From the NCBI GenBank assembly GCA_964016885.1, contig OZ024747.1:24800001-24864000 (forward strand): a DNA stretch of 64,000 nt, in the 5' to 3' direction. The DNA is from Eledone cirrhosa. Its lineage: Eukaryota. Below, one piece after another: positions 1-12,172 of the stretch. Numbering within the stretch: position 1 is the first letter of the stretch; each line of letters begins with the position of its first letter. The notes under the pieces are model-generated. The model was not told the origin of the DNA, ran no database searches, and saw only the letters and a list, made by a program, of their open reading frames with translations. Position numbers and translations under genes: made by a program.

Positions 1-34
<34 letters not shown>

Positions 35-75
35 GTATATATATATATGTATATATATGTATATATATGTATATA

Positions 76-659
76 TAATATAAGATCAAAAGATGGTTAA
101 AGGAGTTCCATATATTTTATTATGCGCATTTCAAAAACAAACATCATCAAACAATAATATTTGTGTTTTCATCAGATAAAACAGGAGAACATGATATGAA
201 GGCTTTTTTTCATCCTCTCCACCCCCCCCCCTCCCTAAATAAAATATTTTTTCCTCGCACATATCCTCCCTTCGTTAATTTTCAAAATTTTTAATTTATA
301 CAGTATCTTCCAACGGTTTTCAACCCCTCTATATAAAATATATCTCCTCTCAGTTATAAAAACTATCTCTTTCTCTCTATCACCCATCTCTCCCTCTCAT
401 CTCCTTCCCTTTTCATCCTTTTCTATCCCCCCCCCCTCTCTAAATAAAATATTTTTCCCAATATCACACATCAATCTAAAACCACTTTTCATATGTTGAT
501 TTAAAACTGCACTATCAACAAGTGTTTTTTAGCCTTCATATCATGTTCTCCTGTTTTATCTGATGAAAACACAAATATTATTGTTTGATGATGTTTGTTT
601 TTGAAATGCGCATAATAAAATATATGGAACTCCTTTAACCATCTTTTGATCTTATATTA
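76..659 (+). mobile_element. PLE 3' UTR/pseudo-LTR fragment (family A) with inverted upstream copy
   Basis: 76-204 is the reverse complement of ~531-659. 205-659 resembles the reverse complement of 42610-43050, the 3' UTR of the GIY-YIG fragment at 43604-44625. Confidence 0.8.
554..620 (+). ncRNA. Type I hammerhead ribozyme, family A (other copies 115-181 -, 42650-42716 -, 51795-51861 +)
   Basis: Stem I ttttat/ataaaa; core CTGATGA; long stem II (caaatattatt/gatgatgtttg); GAAA; palindromic stem III tgcgca; AUA cleavage triplet. Confidence 0.85.
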
Positions 660-746
660 TGCATACTCCAGTCCCACAAACTGTAGAGTGCTTCTTATCC
701 GATATCTGCATTGCTTTATTGTACTACAATAAAACTCACCTCCTAC

Positions 747-937
747 ATATGTATATATATATATATGTATATATATGTATATATATATATATGTATATAT
801 ATATATGTATATATATGTATATATATGTATATGTATATATATATGTATATATATATGTATATATATCTATATGTATATATATATATGTATATATATGTAT
901 ATATATATATGTATATATATATATATGTATATATATG

Positions 938-996
<59 letters not shown>

Positions 997-1160
997 GTAT
1001 ATGTATATATATGTATATGTATATGTATGTATATATATATATATGTATATGTATGTATATATATATATATATATGTATATGTATATATATGTATATATAT
1101 ATGTATATGTATGTATGTATATATATGTATATGTATGTATATATATATATGTATGTATAT

Positions 1161-1191
<31 letters not shown>

Positions 1192-1434
1192 TGTATATAT
1201 ATATATATATGTATGTAAATATATATATATATATGTATGTATATATATATATGTATATATATATATGTATGTATATATATATATATATATATGTATGTAT
1301 ATATATATATATATGTATGTATATATATATATATGTATATATATATATGTATGTATATATATATATATATATATGTATGTATATATATATATATATGTAT
1401 GTATATATATATATATGTATGTATATATATATAT
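747..1434. repeat. Interrupted (AT)n/(ATGT)n microsatellite
   Basis: Direct inspection. Confidence 0.97.
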
Positions 1435-1435
1435 G

Positions 1436-1556
1436 TGAAGGCGTGTGGCTGAGTGGTTAGGCAATTGGTTTCGCAATCGTAAGGTTGTGAGTTCGATTCC
1501 TGGACGAGGTGATGCGTTATGTCCTTGAGCAAGACACTTTATTTCACGTTGCTCCT
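1436..1556 (+). mobile_element. tRNA-derived SINE head with CORE-like segment
   Basis: Pol III A box tggctgagtgg and B box gttcgattcc, then CORE-like tgtccttgagcaagacacttt. Confidence 0.75.
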
Positions 1557-1674
1557 TCTACCTGGAGTTGCGACCGATAGATAGTATTAGCAATTGGATA
1601 GATAGTATTAGCAATTGGAAAGACCAACGGAAACATTGTTCCCTCGGTCCGATTTGACGAAAGTCGATCGTTCC

Positions 1675-1675
1675 T

Positions 1676-1707
<32 letters not shown>

Positions 1708-1730
1708 GTATATATATATATATATGTATG

Positions 1731-1817
<87 letters not shown>

Positions 1818-2088
1818 ATATATATATGTATGTATATATATATATGTATGTATATATATATATGTATGTATATATATGTATATATATATGTATGTATATA
1901 TATGTATATATATATATATGTATGTATATATATGTATATATATATATGTATGTATATATATGTATATATATATATGTATGTATATATATGTATATATATA
2001 TATGTATGTATATATATGTATATATATATATGTATGTATATATATGTATATATATATATATATATATACATACATACATATATATATA
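1675..2088. repeat. Interrupted (AT)n microsatellite
   Basis: Direct inspection. Confidence 0.97.
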
Positions 2089-2462
2089 TTCAAAACAACA
2101 AACAGTGGAGGACGCGTTTCGCACCTGTCCGACAGACAGGTGCGAAACGCGCCCTCCCCGGAAAAAAACCCAGTTGATGGATGTGAATCTGAAATATATA
2201 GGGACTATTAAATCTCTCCCAAGGTAACTCTCTCTTGTGTTGTTATTTTTATTTATCCTTTATACTCTTCCCTTCTTTTTTCTACACATTTACACATCTT
2301 ATACACACCACGCATCTCAACGTACACCCACTTACATCTCTCTCTCCACCACCGGATCTTGTTACCCGGAGATTTACCCATTTGCATTGTCGAGGCTTCC
2401 AAACGACTTAAAGATATTTATTTATTATTCCACAATGCTTCAAACAAACTTCAATACTCTCT

Positions 2463-2494
<32 letters not shown>

Positions 2495-2500
2495 TGTATC

Positions 2501-2531
<31 letters not shown>

Positions 2532-2773
2532 GTATATATATATATATGTAAATATATATGTATGTATATATATATATATATGTAAATATATATGTATGTA
2601 TGTATATATATATGTAAATATATATATGTATATATATATATATACATATGTAAATATATATGTATATATGTATGTATGTATATATATATATATAACTTTG
2701 AATAACTTTGAAATGTTTTGGCCAGTATTGGCCATGTCTAACTTAATAGCACCACCTGGCGAAGTCTTTCAAT

Positions 2774-5700
2774 TCAGGATTTGGGCACCATGGCCCATTC
2801 GAGAAGAGAATTACTGTTTGCGGAGACATATCCGGGTGTGGGTGGTTTGTCCGGGATTACTTGGAGGAATTTGTTCAAAGACTTCTTGAATTTTGTGTGG
2901 TCAGTTTCTGTTTTGACGTGTCCTGGTGTGATGTTGAAGAGAGCAGGGCCGATTGAGGTGAAATAATTGTGCCGTATTGTTGTTATGAGTTGCGATTTAG
3001 ATTTTTGAATGGGACGGATAGCACGGGGCCCAAGCCTTGGGTGTATCTTGAAGGCGATGCCAACATCATTTGGGCAGTGATGATGGAACATTTTCCACAT
3101 CATGCAGATAATATAACGCTCACGGCGACGTTGGAGTGAGTAAAGTTTCAGGTTTTCTAATCGACCCCAGTAGTCAAGGTCTGACATGCCATCTATCCTT
3201 TTCGTGATTGCCCTTTGAGGAGCTTCAAGTTTCATGATACTTTGTTTCGTGTGGGGAGACCACAGTGGACAACAGTATTCAAGGTGTGGTCGGGCGAAAG
3301 TAGAGAAGAGAAGGATAATGGTGCGGGAATCTCTCGACTGGAAGGTTCTGAGGATCCAGGAACACATTCTGCGGGCCATGTCAACTTTGCTGCTTATATG
3401 CGTGGTCCAGCTTATGTTGCTGTCCACGGTTACTCCCAAGTCTCTGATGTTGTTAGATGCCACGAGAGTTTCCCCGGAGGGAAGGGAGTACGGGAATTTC
3501 AGAGCATCCTCTTTTCCAAAGTGGATCAGTTCGAATTTGTCTTCGTTCAGTAACATGTTGTTCTTTTCTGCCCATTGGGTAACAGCCAGTAGGTCTGACT
3601 GAAGGCTTATCCGGTCATCCACGCCATTGATGACCTTTTGGAGCTTGGAATCATCAGCGAAAATTTTAATGTTGCTGTGTTTGATGATGTCAGTGATGTC
3701 ATTAATATAGATGATGAAGAGAAGTGGGCCCAACACAGTGCCTTGTGGGACCCCACTACTGACTTTGGCTGGGCTTGATTTGACTCCCTCAACTACAACA
3801 TGTTGGGTTCTGTTTGACAGGAAGCTCTTGATCCACTGCAGCAGCTTTCCAGTGACACCAATATTGGACAGCTTTCTCAGTAGAATGTTATGATCAACCC
3901 TGTCAAAGGCCTTGCTGAAATCAAGGTAGATAACATCAGTGTTGGAACCCTCTCCCAAGGCTCTCAAAATGTCATCAAAGTGATGCAGTAGCTGCGTCAG
4001 GCAATCCCTTCCATTACGGAATCCATGCTGGTTGGAGTTCAGCATATTGTTACTCTCAAGGAAGTGGGTCATTCGCGATCTCACCACTCGCTCAAATACC
4101 TTAATGATATGAGAGGTGAGTGAGATTGGACGGTAATTCACGGCAAGGGATTTATTTCCCTTTTTGAAAACTGGGACAACAGACTGGGATAGAAGGTTTT
4201 CTGGCACATATCCAGCATCCAGTGAGTTCCGCCACAGATTGGCAAGAGGAGATGCAAGTTGGTGTTGACACGCCTTCAAGACACAAGCAGGGAACCTATC
4301 GGGACCTACTGCTGAATTATGCTTGATTTCCTTTATTGCCGCCAAGACATCAGGGGCGCCAAACGTTATGTCCGATAAGGTGTAATGGGGAGTAACATCG
4401 CCGATACAGCCCAGATCGGCCATATCAGGATTGCTGAAAACAGAGCAGTATTGTTTCTGCAGTATCTCACCCATGGTTTTAGCATTGTCTTGAAGAGTGC
4501 CATTTTCATCAATTAGAGGGCCAACAGTAGAGCCAGTGATTTTGTGTTTTTTTGCAAATGAAAAGAACACTTTGGGATTGAGTTTGATCTTCTCAATGGC
4601 CCAGGCCTCTTCAGCTCTTCTCTGATTGTTGATGAGGGACATTATGTTGTTTTGGAGGTTATGTTTTTTAATCTCTAGTGATGAAATGGCAGTCAAGTTG
4701 ATGTGTTGCTGCTGACAGTATTTCAGCTTGTTGATTTTTTTGTTCGTTCTCTTAATTTTTCTGATGAGCGTTTTTCTATTTCTAGGGATTCTGCTCTTAG
4801 ATTTGTTTATAGTTCTTAATGGGGTGTGTTTAGCACATATGTTTGTAACAGTGTCCACAAATGTCTGCCAGGACTTTTTGATGTTAGTGGGTGTATGAGT
4901 GTGCGTGAAGGACCAGTCGACATGTGCAAGATCATGACTGATCGCTTCCCAGTTTGCATTGTGGAAATCCATAGCGTCAAACGGATGGACAGGAGAAATG
5001 ACATTGGGTTTGTATATTGGACGGTGGAATCTCAGATCACAGAGAACCATGTCATGATCAGAGAGTAGAGTTTTCTCCACTGCAATATTGTGGATATTGT
5101 CAGTGTGATTGCTGAAAATTAAGTCTAGGACGTTTTTGTGGCACCTCGTTGGTTCGAGCACTAGTTGGGATAGGAAGAAATCATCCATGAAGTCAAGAAG
5201 CGATTCCACAGCTTCCCTGTCAGAGGTTGAGGCAGAAGAACCTGGTGGCAGGCTGTTTGTGGACCAGTCAACTCCGGGGAGGTTGAAGTCCCCCATCATT
5301 AAGATGTTGTCAGGGTGACACTCTTGGATGAAACACTTCATGCTGTTGAGGCATTCCTTGAAGCATGGTACAGGCGTTTGGGGTGGCCTATAGAGCCCAA
5401 CTACTAATAGGTTGTTGGTTTGACTGAATACAGTGACTGCCTCACAGTATCCATTAGTGAATATGTTCATAGCCTCTGTTGAGAAAGAATTATGGACATA
5501 AATGGCAGTTCCGCCCTTTCTTCTGCCAGCGCGATCAGCACGGATGGCTTTGAAATTTTTCACTTTCACCTCGGCTTCCAAGTGGAGGTTACTGAGATGG
5601 GTTTCAGTGAGGACGAAGAAAGGGATGTGGTTTGGATGGACATCAATCCAGTCCTCCAGGAATTTGATCTTCCATTTTTGAGTATTGGTGGAAGGGCTGA

Positions 5701-5794
5701 TGCCTTGGGCGTTAAGCAAAAATATAGAGGCGAGAGTGGATGGTTTTAATTGTTTTGGTGTGTTGTTAATTTGTTTGTTTGTTAATGGCAGCAA
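2774..5794 (-). CDS. LINE ORF2: apurinic-like endonuclease + reverse transcriptase (intact ~1006 aa, no AUG before the endonuclease)
   Basis: EN motifs LLNAQG, LTETHL, MGDFN, SDHD; RT motifs [34 protein letters not shown]; C-terminal [10 protein letters not shown] and SNSL. Confidence 0.95.
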   Translation of the reverse strand: MLPLTNKQINNTPKQLKPSTLASIFLLNAQGISPSTNTQKWKIKFLEDWIDVHPNHIPFFVLTETHLSNLHLEAEVKVKNFKAIRADRAGRRKGGTAIYVHNSFSTEAMNIFTNGYCEAVTVFSQTNNLLVVGLYRPPQTPVPCFKECLNSMKCFIQECHPDNILMMGDFNLPGVDWSTNSLPPGSSASTSDREAVESLLDFMDDFFLSQLVLEPTRCHKNVLDLIFSNHTDNIHNIAVEKTLLSDHDMVLCDLRFHRPIYKPNVISPVHPFDAMDFHNANWEAISHDLAHVDWSFTHTHTPTNIKKSWQTFVDTVTNICAKHTPLRTINKSKSRIPRNRKTLIRKIKRTNKKINKLKYCQQQHINLTAISSLEIKKHNLQNNIMSLINNQRRAEEAWAIEKIKLNPKVFFSFAKKHKITGSTVGPLIDENGTLQDNAKTMGEILQKQYCSVFSNPDMADLGCIGDVTPHYTLSDITFGAPDVLAAIKEIKHNSAVGPDRFPACVLKACQHQLASPLANLWRNSLDAGYVPENLLSQSVVPVFKKGNKSLAVNYRPISLTSHIIKVFERVVRSRMTHFLESNNMLNSNQHGFRNGRDCLTQLLHHFDDILRALGEGSNTDVIYLDFSKAFDRVDHNILLRKLSNIGVTGKLLQWIKSFLSNRTQHVVVEGVKSSPAKVSSGVPQGTVLGPLLFIIYINDITDIIKHSNIKIFADDSKLQKVINGVDDRISLQSDLLAVTQWAEKNNMLLNEDKFELIHFGKEDALKFPYSLPSGETLVASNNIRDLGVTVDSNISWTTHISSKVDMARRMCSWILRTFQSRDSRTIILLFSTFARPHLEYCCPLWSPHTKQSIMKLEAPQRAITKRIDGMSDLDYWGRLENLKLYSLQRRRERYIICMMWKMFHHHCPNDVGIAFKIHPRLGPRAIRPIQKSKSQLITTIRHNYFTSIGPALFNITPGHVKTETDHTKFKKSLNKFLQVIPDKPPTPGYVSANSNSLLEWAMVPKS

Positions 5795-5884
5795 CGGGAG
5801 TTTGTGCAGTGGGGTGATAGTGGAGGGTGGTGCTGGGTGATAGCTCGAATGTTTTTTCCAGTTCTTTTGCCAGATTCATTATGG

Positions 5885-6928
5885 CTAAAAAAGAGGAAGA
5901 AGTTTCCTGTTTAGAAGACTGTTGGTGACTGTGGTAGTGGTTATTTTTATGTAGGTTATGGTTTTTGTTTTGCTTTTATTTTTAATTTTATTTTCATTTG
6001 TCCGACGGGTCCCCGGGAGATGGGTAAAGGGACAATCCCGGTCTAAACACAATCTGTCTCGCAGGGAAAAACGGCAGATTTGTGGATTCCTTGTTTGAGT
6101 TATTGGTGGTTGTGTTGGTGTTAAATTAGAGTATGTATTATGGTGGTGGCTGTTTGTGGGGATAGATCGTTTTGTCCTAGGTAAATGGGTGAATTTGCAG
6201 CCACTATCCGTACATATTCTATAGCGTAGAGAGTAGCGGCAAATGATGGGGTTTCGAGTGGGTGGGTATGTGGGTGTGTGTGTTGTGAGAGGTGTAGATG
6301 ATGGTTTGGGTAGGATTTGACGACCTTTGTGGACTGTGGGAGGGAGAGTTCTTGTTCTGGTATTAGAAGGTAAATTCCTTGACATAGCAGTAGACAAAAA
6401 TGTTGTAGTAGTAGTAGTAGTAGTAGGCAGAGATGTTGGCAGTGGTGATGATTGGACTGCTGGGCCAGAGAAAGGATGTGGCGTTTCATGCTGTGAGACA
6501 GAGGCTACTGGGGGGTCAATAGTTTCATTTAGTAGATCGGCCATTGTTGATGAATCAAGGAGTGGTTCACACTGTTGTTGTCGTTGTTGTTGTTGTTGCT
6601 GTTGTTGATGTTGTTGTTGTAGCTGTTGTTGTTGTTGCTGTTGTAGCTGCTGTTGTTGTTGCTGCTGCTGGACAGCATTCGAAGAGAAAACACACCGTAG
6701 TTTATCCAAATGTTTATTGATTAATTTAAAAGCAATTTCGATTTGCTTTAATTTATTTTGAATCTGTTGTTCAGATCGAGTTTTCAAAAATTGAACTGTA
6801 CGTTTAGCAATGTCGTTCAGAGATGAAGCATCTATATCTTCTGTTTGGGAAAGGCAATGCCATGTGTTTATTAGAATGTCGATTTCATTATCAGACCAGT
6901 TCTGTTTGGATTTTTGCTGGTTAGCCAT
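5885..6928 (-). CDS. LINE ORF1: Myb/SANT-like N-terminus, polyQ, two CCCH-type zinc fingers
   Basis: WSDNEIDILINTW...RSEQQIQNKLKQI; CAG/CAA tract; CRYSLRYRICTDSGCKFTH and CRFSLRDRLCLDRDCPFTH; lies upstream of ORF2. Confidence 0.8.
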   Translation of the reverse strand: MANQQKSKQNWSDNEIDILINTWHCLSQTEDIDASSLNDIAKRTVQFLKTRSEQQIQNKLKQIEIAFKLINKHLDKLRCVFSSNAVQQQQQQQQLQQQQQQQLQQQHQQQQQQQQRQQQCEPLLDSSTMADLLNETIDPPVASVSQHETPHPFSGPAVQSSPLPTSLPTTTTTTTTFLSTAMSRNLPSNTRTRTLPPTVHKGRQILPKPSSTPLTTHTPTYPPTRNPIICRYSLRYRICTDSGCKFTHLPRTKRSIPTNSHHHNTYSNLTPTQPPITQTRNPQICRFSLRDRLCLDRDCPFTHLPGTRRTNENKIKNKSKTKTITYIKITTTTVTNSLLNRKLLPLF

Positions 6929-7351
6929 TCTAGTTTTGAGTGTGTGTGTGTTTTAGTTAAGTATTTCAATATATATATATTTTTTTAAAAATTTATTTTT
7001 GATTTATTTTTGTTTTTTGTTTTTCTTGTGTGTGAGTGAGAAGAGTATATATATAAATATGAGTATATATATATATATATATATGTATATTCTGGTTATT
7101 TGAAATTAATTAAGTTAATGAAAAGACGAAAGTATATAATAATAATTTGTAGTTAAAGGAAAATGTACTCACAAGTTCGAAAACACGTGGTTTCAAATAT
7201 ATAATAATATAGATGTATGTAAATGTATTAACCGGTCAATTTTTGTTTGTTTGGTTTTGTCTTGTGGTTTTGTTTTGTGGCTGTGTGACTTGCTGCTTAC
7301 TCGGGGAGAGAAGTAAAAACACGTCCTTATACTTCAACTGCTCAACTGCTC

Positions 7352-7540
7352 TTGTCATAAATCTTTCGTTGCACATCTGCAACATCGTCAGTGGTGTTAT
7401 CGTTTCCTCCTGTTGTATTATATGTCTACGCCATTTTTATTCAGTCTGTCTATATATTTATATATGTAAATATATATATATATGTATATATGTATGTATA
7501 TATATATATATATATATGTAAATATATATATGTATATATG

Positions 7541-7600
<60 letters not shown>

Positions 7601-7666
7601 AATATATATATATATGTATATATGTATGTATATATATATATATATGTAAATATATATGTATATATG

Positions 7667-7704
<38 letters not shown>

Positions 7705-7774
7705 AATATATATATATATGTATATATGTATGTATATATATATATATATATATATATGTAAATATATATGTATG

Positions 7775-7805
<31 letters not shown>

Positions 7806-7900
7806 GTAAATATATATATATATGTATATATGTATGTATATATATATATATATGTAAATATATATGTATATATGTATGTATGTATATATATATATATGTG

Positions 7901-7932
<32 letters not shown>

Positions 7933-7972
7933 TGTATATATATATATATGTAAATATATGTATATATGTATG

Positions 7973-8020
<48 letters not shown>

Positions 8021-8066
8021 AATATATATACATATGTATATATGTATGTATATATATATATATATA

Positions 8067-8119
<53 letters not shown>

Positions 8120-8124
8120 GTATG

Positions 8125-8160
<36 letters not shown>

Positions 8161-8162
8161 TG

Positions 8163-8232
<70 letters not shown>

Positions 8233-8280
8233 AATATATATATATATGTATATATGTATGTATATATATATATATATATG

Positions 8281-8316
<36 letters not shown>

Positions 8317-8800
8317 CATATATAGCGGCGATGAATTAGTTTTGCGAGGTTTTTTATATGAAATCGTGTGTCGAAACAAATATTGTTATACTTGGGGAGG
8401 GTCATATTTGTGTAATATTGCCAGAATTAATAACAGAACACACTCACTGTTTGGTTGGTTTTCGCTTCTCGCTTCTGTGTCTTTTATATCGGCAATCTAA
8501 CTTACTCGGTCCTCAATGTTGCCATTGACTGACCGACGGTCAAAAATAATACAGATACAATATAGACATAAACACATATATATAGTTTGTCATAAATCTT
8601 TCGTTGCACATCTGCAACATCGTCAGTGGTGTTATCGTTTCCTCCTGTTGTATTATATGTCTACGCCATTTTTATTCAGTCTGTCTATATATTTATTTAT
8701 TTATTTGCTTGTTTGTTTATTTTATTTTGTCTTCTTTGCGCATGCGCTTGCGTGTGTGTAGTGTTTTGTTTGCTGTGTGATGGGTGACTAGTGTGTGTAA
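7352..8800 (-). mobile_element. Partial tandem PLE pseudo-LTR copies (family B) split by an (AT)n array (7451-8323)
   Basis: 7352-7460 matches 8588-8695. 8325-8790 matches the reverse complement of 63010-63430, the 3' end of the PLE at 60790. Confidence 0.8.
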
Positions 8801-8807
8801 ATCCTAC

Positions 8808-9285
8808 AAACACACGATATCATAAAGAGCAAAAGACAATCTAAGTCAATGAAAAACATCCTGATACATGCCAAAGTACTGCCAACCACAACAACGAAAC
8901 CCACAGTAAAAAAAAATGCGATAGACCCAACTGTGGCATTTGCATCAACCTAATAGAGGGTTCGGAATTCTATTTCAAAGAAGGACAACGTTTTATAGTA
9001 AAACACAATTTCACATGTGCATCGGAAAATATAATATATGTATTAACTTGCTCAGGTTGTCGAGAACAATACATAGGCCAGACCAAAAACAGCCTCCGCC
9101 AACGCATGACTGTCCATAGATCCCAAATTAAAATACGGGAATACAGGAAAATACATTGATACCTGTGCCGCCCAAAATCATCCCAACTTCAGAATCTTTC
9201 CCCTCTACAACTTTAAAGATAATGCCACCCACACCCAGCGCATCAGCAAGGAATCTTACTTTATTAACAAATACGGACCCTCTAA
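8808..9285 (+). pseudogene. Decayed Neptune-type PLE GIY-YIG endonuclease fragment
   Basis: Manual translation gives CDRPNCGIC...FTCASENIIYVLTCSGCREQYIGQTKNSLRQRMTVHRSQI, with frameshifts. Confidence 0.8.
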
Positions 9286-9509
9286 ACACTTCTCCCTAAG
9301 ACGAACCCACAACATACACACGTCAACATACATACCTACATCAGCACACATCTCTACCCACATATAAACACAATGACATACGTAAACACACATGTTCTAT
9401 GGTGCAACACAAATATACACAAATTTGCATACCTTTTGATGTCTATAGATATAAACGTGCCAACACACACACATACATAAACGCACAGATGCATTGCACA
9501 CTGATGGGC

Positions 9510-9805
9510 ACATACATTTTTGTGCACAGGTATTCCAATACGGCAAAGCTTAATGAATTCCCCTTGGAGTACGTGCAATCTGGACACACTCCAGATACAT
9601 ATTTGTACACAGGTATACAATTTCTGGACACACTCCAGATGCATGTGTGCAATTTGTGCACAGGTGTACAGTTTGTGCACAGGTGTACAGTTTGTGCACA
9701 GGTATACAATTTCTGGACACACTCCAGATACATATTTGTGCACAGGTATTCCAATACGACAAGGCCTAAGGAATCCCCTTTCAGTACGTACAATCTGGAC
9801 ACACA
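9510..9805. repeat. Complex minisatellite built from ctggacacactccagat and tttgtgcacaggt modules
   Basis: Repeated modules with palindromic tgtgcaca/tgtaca cores. Confidence 0.8.
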
Positions 9806-10313
9806 CACACACTCACACACGCCTTGGTATTATGCCAATACTATATATCATTTCACACCTTTTATTATTAAGGTTTCTGATGTTCTATTGAGAGAATCGT
9901 TTTTACTGAAAATATCGAATAATGTACACCATTTTACCATGAAAAAAATACTGGTCCACCCACACACACACACACACACATTCTCACACACACACACACA
10001 CACATATATACACACACACATACACACGCGTACATTAACATACAAAGCGACATATACACACACACACACACAGACACTTCTCCGTATAAGACAAGAGCTG
10101 AAAAATATCTTTTAACATGTTAAAATATTCCCCAATCACTTACAGACACATTCCTACTGACCATCCCTCTACCACGAATTACTCTGCTACACACACACAC
10201 ACACACACACACACTTGTCTTAATAGGCATTTGAACTGTCAACAGGCTGCGGTTCGCACACACAACCCTGCTGACCATTATCACAACAACGAACACTTTA
10301 CTACTACTACACA

Positions 10314-10398
<85 letters not shown>

Positions 10399-10807
10399 TT
10401 GTTGTGAAAGAGTCATTTCTCAGTCAGCCGACACAAACCTACATTTGGCGCAAAATCAATTTTTTACATTTACATGACCTCTACCGACCAATCAAAATTG
10501 TTTTGACCACAAGAATTTTTGCAACACGAATTGGCGCAAAATTTATTTTAATACCGCTGGAGCCACTTTTTTAACATAAAAACAGGTAGAATTCCCAAAA
10601 CTTATCAGATCAGAGCAAACATCACGGACGCTCTATCTCAAAATTATTTTTGAAAAGCATTAGAAATGCGCAACCGGTAAAACTTAAAACCAAAACTGAA
10701 TACTAACCAATACAATTACTAATTCTCACATATTCCTAATTAAACTAATTTTCACTGTGAACAATTTGTCAGCATTTTCTATTCCGTTTACCAATATATA
10801 ATAATTT

Positions 10808-12172
10808 GTGTGTTACACCTCTATTCTTTTAAATATCATATCCTCACACGAGATACAGAAAATGCCAACAAAAACGGATACAACCCTCATCAACACAAAT
10901 GAAGAGATTCTACAGGAACTCAAGAAAATTAACACCAACCTATCTTTGCTGGTCGACAAACTTGACTCCACAAATAAGGAAACCGCCACCGGATACAAAC
11001 CCTCCGAAATCGGCGATAAACTCCAAAACCTTTACGATACTATCCAAACTATGTTCACTACTACCAACCCAGGAAAAACCAACGAAGAACCATGTGAGAT
11101 TGATTCATACAAAATGAAAATTCGAACAATTCCAAAATGGAACAAATCCCTCAGAGACAGAAAGTTCTCATTCTGGAAGATGATACAAAATCACAACAAA
11201 GCGGAGATATATGAAAAATGGCTTAACTCAACCCCTCTAACTCTCCCCCGTAAAATACAAATAAAGTCCATTCCAAATGAACCCGAACCTCAAAGACACC
11301 TTAGGGAAAGAATGGCATTGGAAAAAATGAAGACAGAAATTGAACTTCTTAAACTGAGGGCCCAGACAAATGAGGAAAAAATCAAAACCATCGATGAAGA
11401 GATCCTCCTGGAAATCAACAATAAAACTGAAGGCCCCAAGGTAGAGAAGATCTCCAAATTATGGAAAGGGGACTGCAACAGAGAAGAACTGAAATCCCTC
11501 CAACGCTGGGAAAGAAGTGCCGCTTGGTTCCTACACTATGAATCGACTTTTCAAACGGATTACACCTCCAATAACCCGTTCATAAAAATAGGAAAACCCA
11601 TAACTGAACCGCACAACAACTACGCAAACCCCCAAGCCACTAACAAACGAAGAAGGAAGCACCACACCGAAGATGAACTTCCCAACCTCGCAACCATAAG
11701 AAGGAACAAAAACCCTAGAAATCATCTCCCCCAGAATGACATTTACAACTTTCCCCCTTCAAGGAGACACCATACCAAATCACTCAACTACTACGCGGAT
11801 GCCTCATCGTCAAACACAGGGAAAAGATACCACCACCATGATAGATGTAACAACTTCCCCGCTTCAAGGGGACAGCAAGGTAATTTCCATTTTCTCAACT
11901 CTCGCTTCCGCAATACACAACAAACCCACACCACACGATACAACCAACAACGTAGGCCACCTATAACACCACAATCCAACATGACACATAGAAACACACA
12001 CCCATACTCGCAGTACAGGAACACTCCATTCAATCTACAATCACCAACCCGAACCACATTTTACAACAACAAGGAATATAACAAACACAGGGGACCACTT
12101 AACATCAGCAGACAACCCCTCTACCCCAACCATTTTTTAGACACAGCACACAGATACAGGCAAACAAAATAA
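10808..12172 (+). CDS. Putative PLE ORF1: coiled-coil N-half, basic/low-complexity C-half
   Basis: 454-aa open frame with normal complexity (likely start ATG 10862), ending HFL... just over the start of the RT frame. Confidence 0.7.
   Translation: MCYTSILLNIISSHEIQKMPTKTDTTLINTNEEILQELKKINTNLSLLVDKLDSTNKETATGYKPSEIGDKLQNLYDTIQTMFTTTNPGKTNEEPCEIDSYKMKIRTIPKWNKSLRDRKFSFWKMIQNHNKAEIYEKWLNSTPLTLPRKIQIKSIPNEPEPQRHLRERMALEKMKTEIELLKLRAQTNEEKIKTIDEEILLEINNKTEGPKVEKISKLWKGDCNREELKSLQRWERSAAWFLHYESTFQTDYTSNNPFIKIGKPITEPHNNYANPQATNKRRRKHHTEDELPNLATIRRNKNPRNHLPQNDIYNFPPSRRHHTKSLNYYADASSSNTGKRYHHHDRCNNFPASRGQQGNFHFLNSRFRNTQQTHTTRYNQQRRPPITPQSNMTHRNTHPYSQYRNTPFNLQSPTRTTFYNNKEYNKHRGPLNISRQPLYPNHFLDTAHRYRQTK

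Larger units (their letters stand above)
2695..7350 (-). mobile_element. Near full-length LINE (family LA; CR1/Proto2-like, clade uncertain)
   Basis: ORF1 plus APE-RT ORF2, short 3' UTR ending (TTCAAAGTTA)2 then (TA)n, and a putative 5' UTR up to ~7350. Confidence 0.88.

Noticed and set aside
1436-1515. Functional tRNA gene
   Set aside because: A and B boxes are present, but there is no good acceptor stem and it runs into a CORE-like SINE body.
3215-5749. Short plus-strand ORFs within the LINEs (also 38773-41961)
   Set aside because: Antisense shadows of ORF2 with no independent motifs.
5850-5892. Double -1 frameshift (TTTTTTA then AAAAAAC) linking LA ORF1 to ORF2
   Set aside because: Formally possible, but the annotated ORF1 is out of phase with the first heptamer; copy-specific indels are a simpler explanation.
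10270-10428. Hammerhead-like three-way junction with (CA)n in loop II (gctgac/gtcagc, acaacaa/ttgttgt, GAAA)
   Set aside because: No CUGANGA-type core in the correct position.
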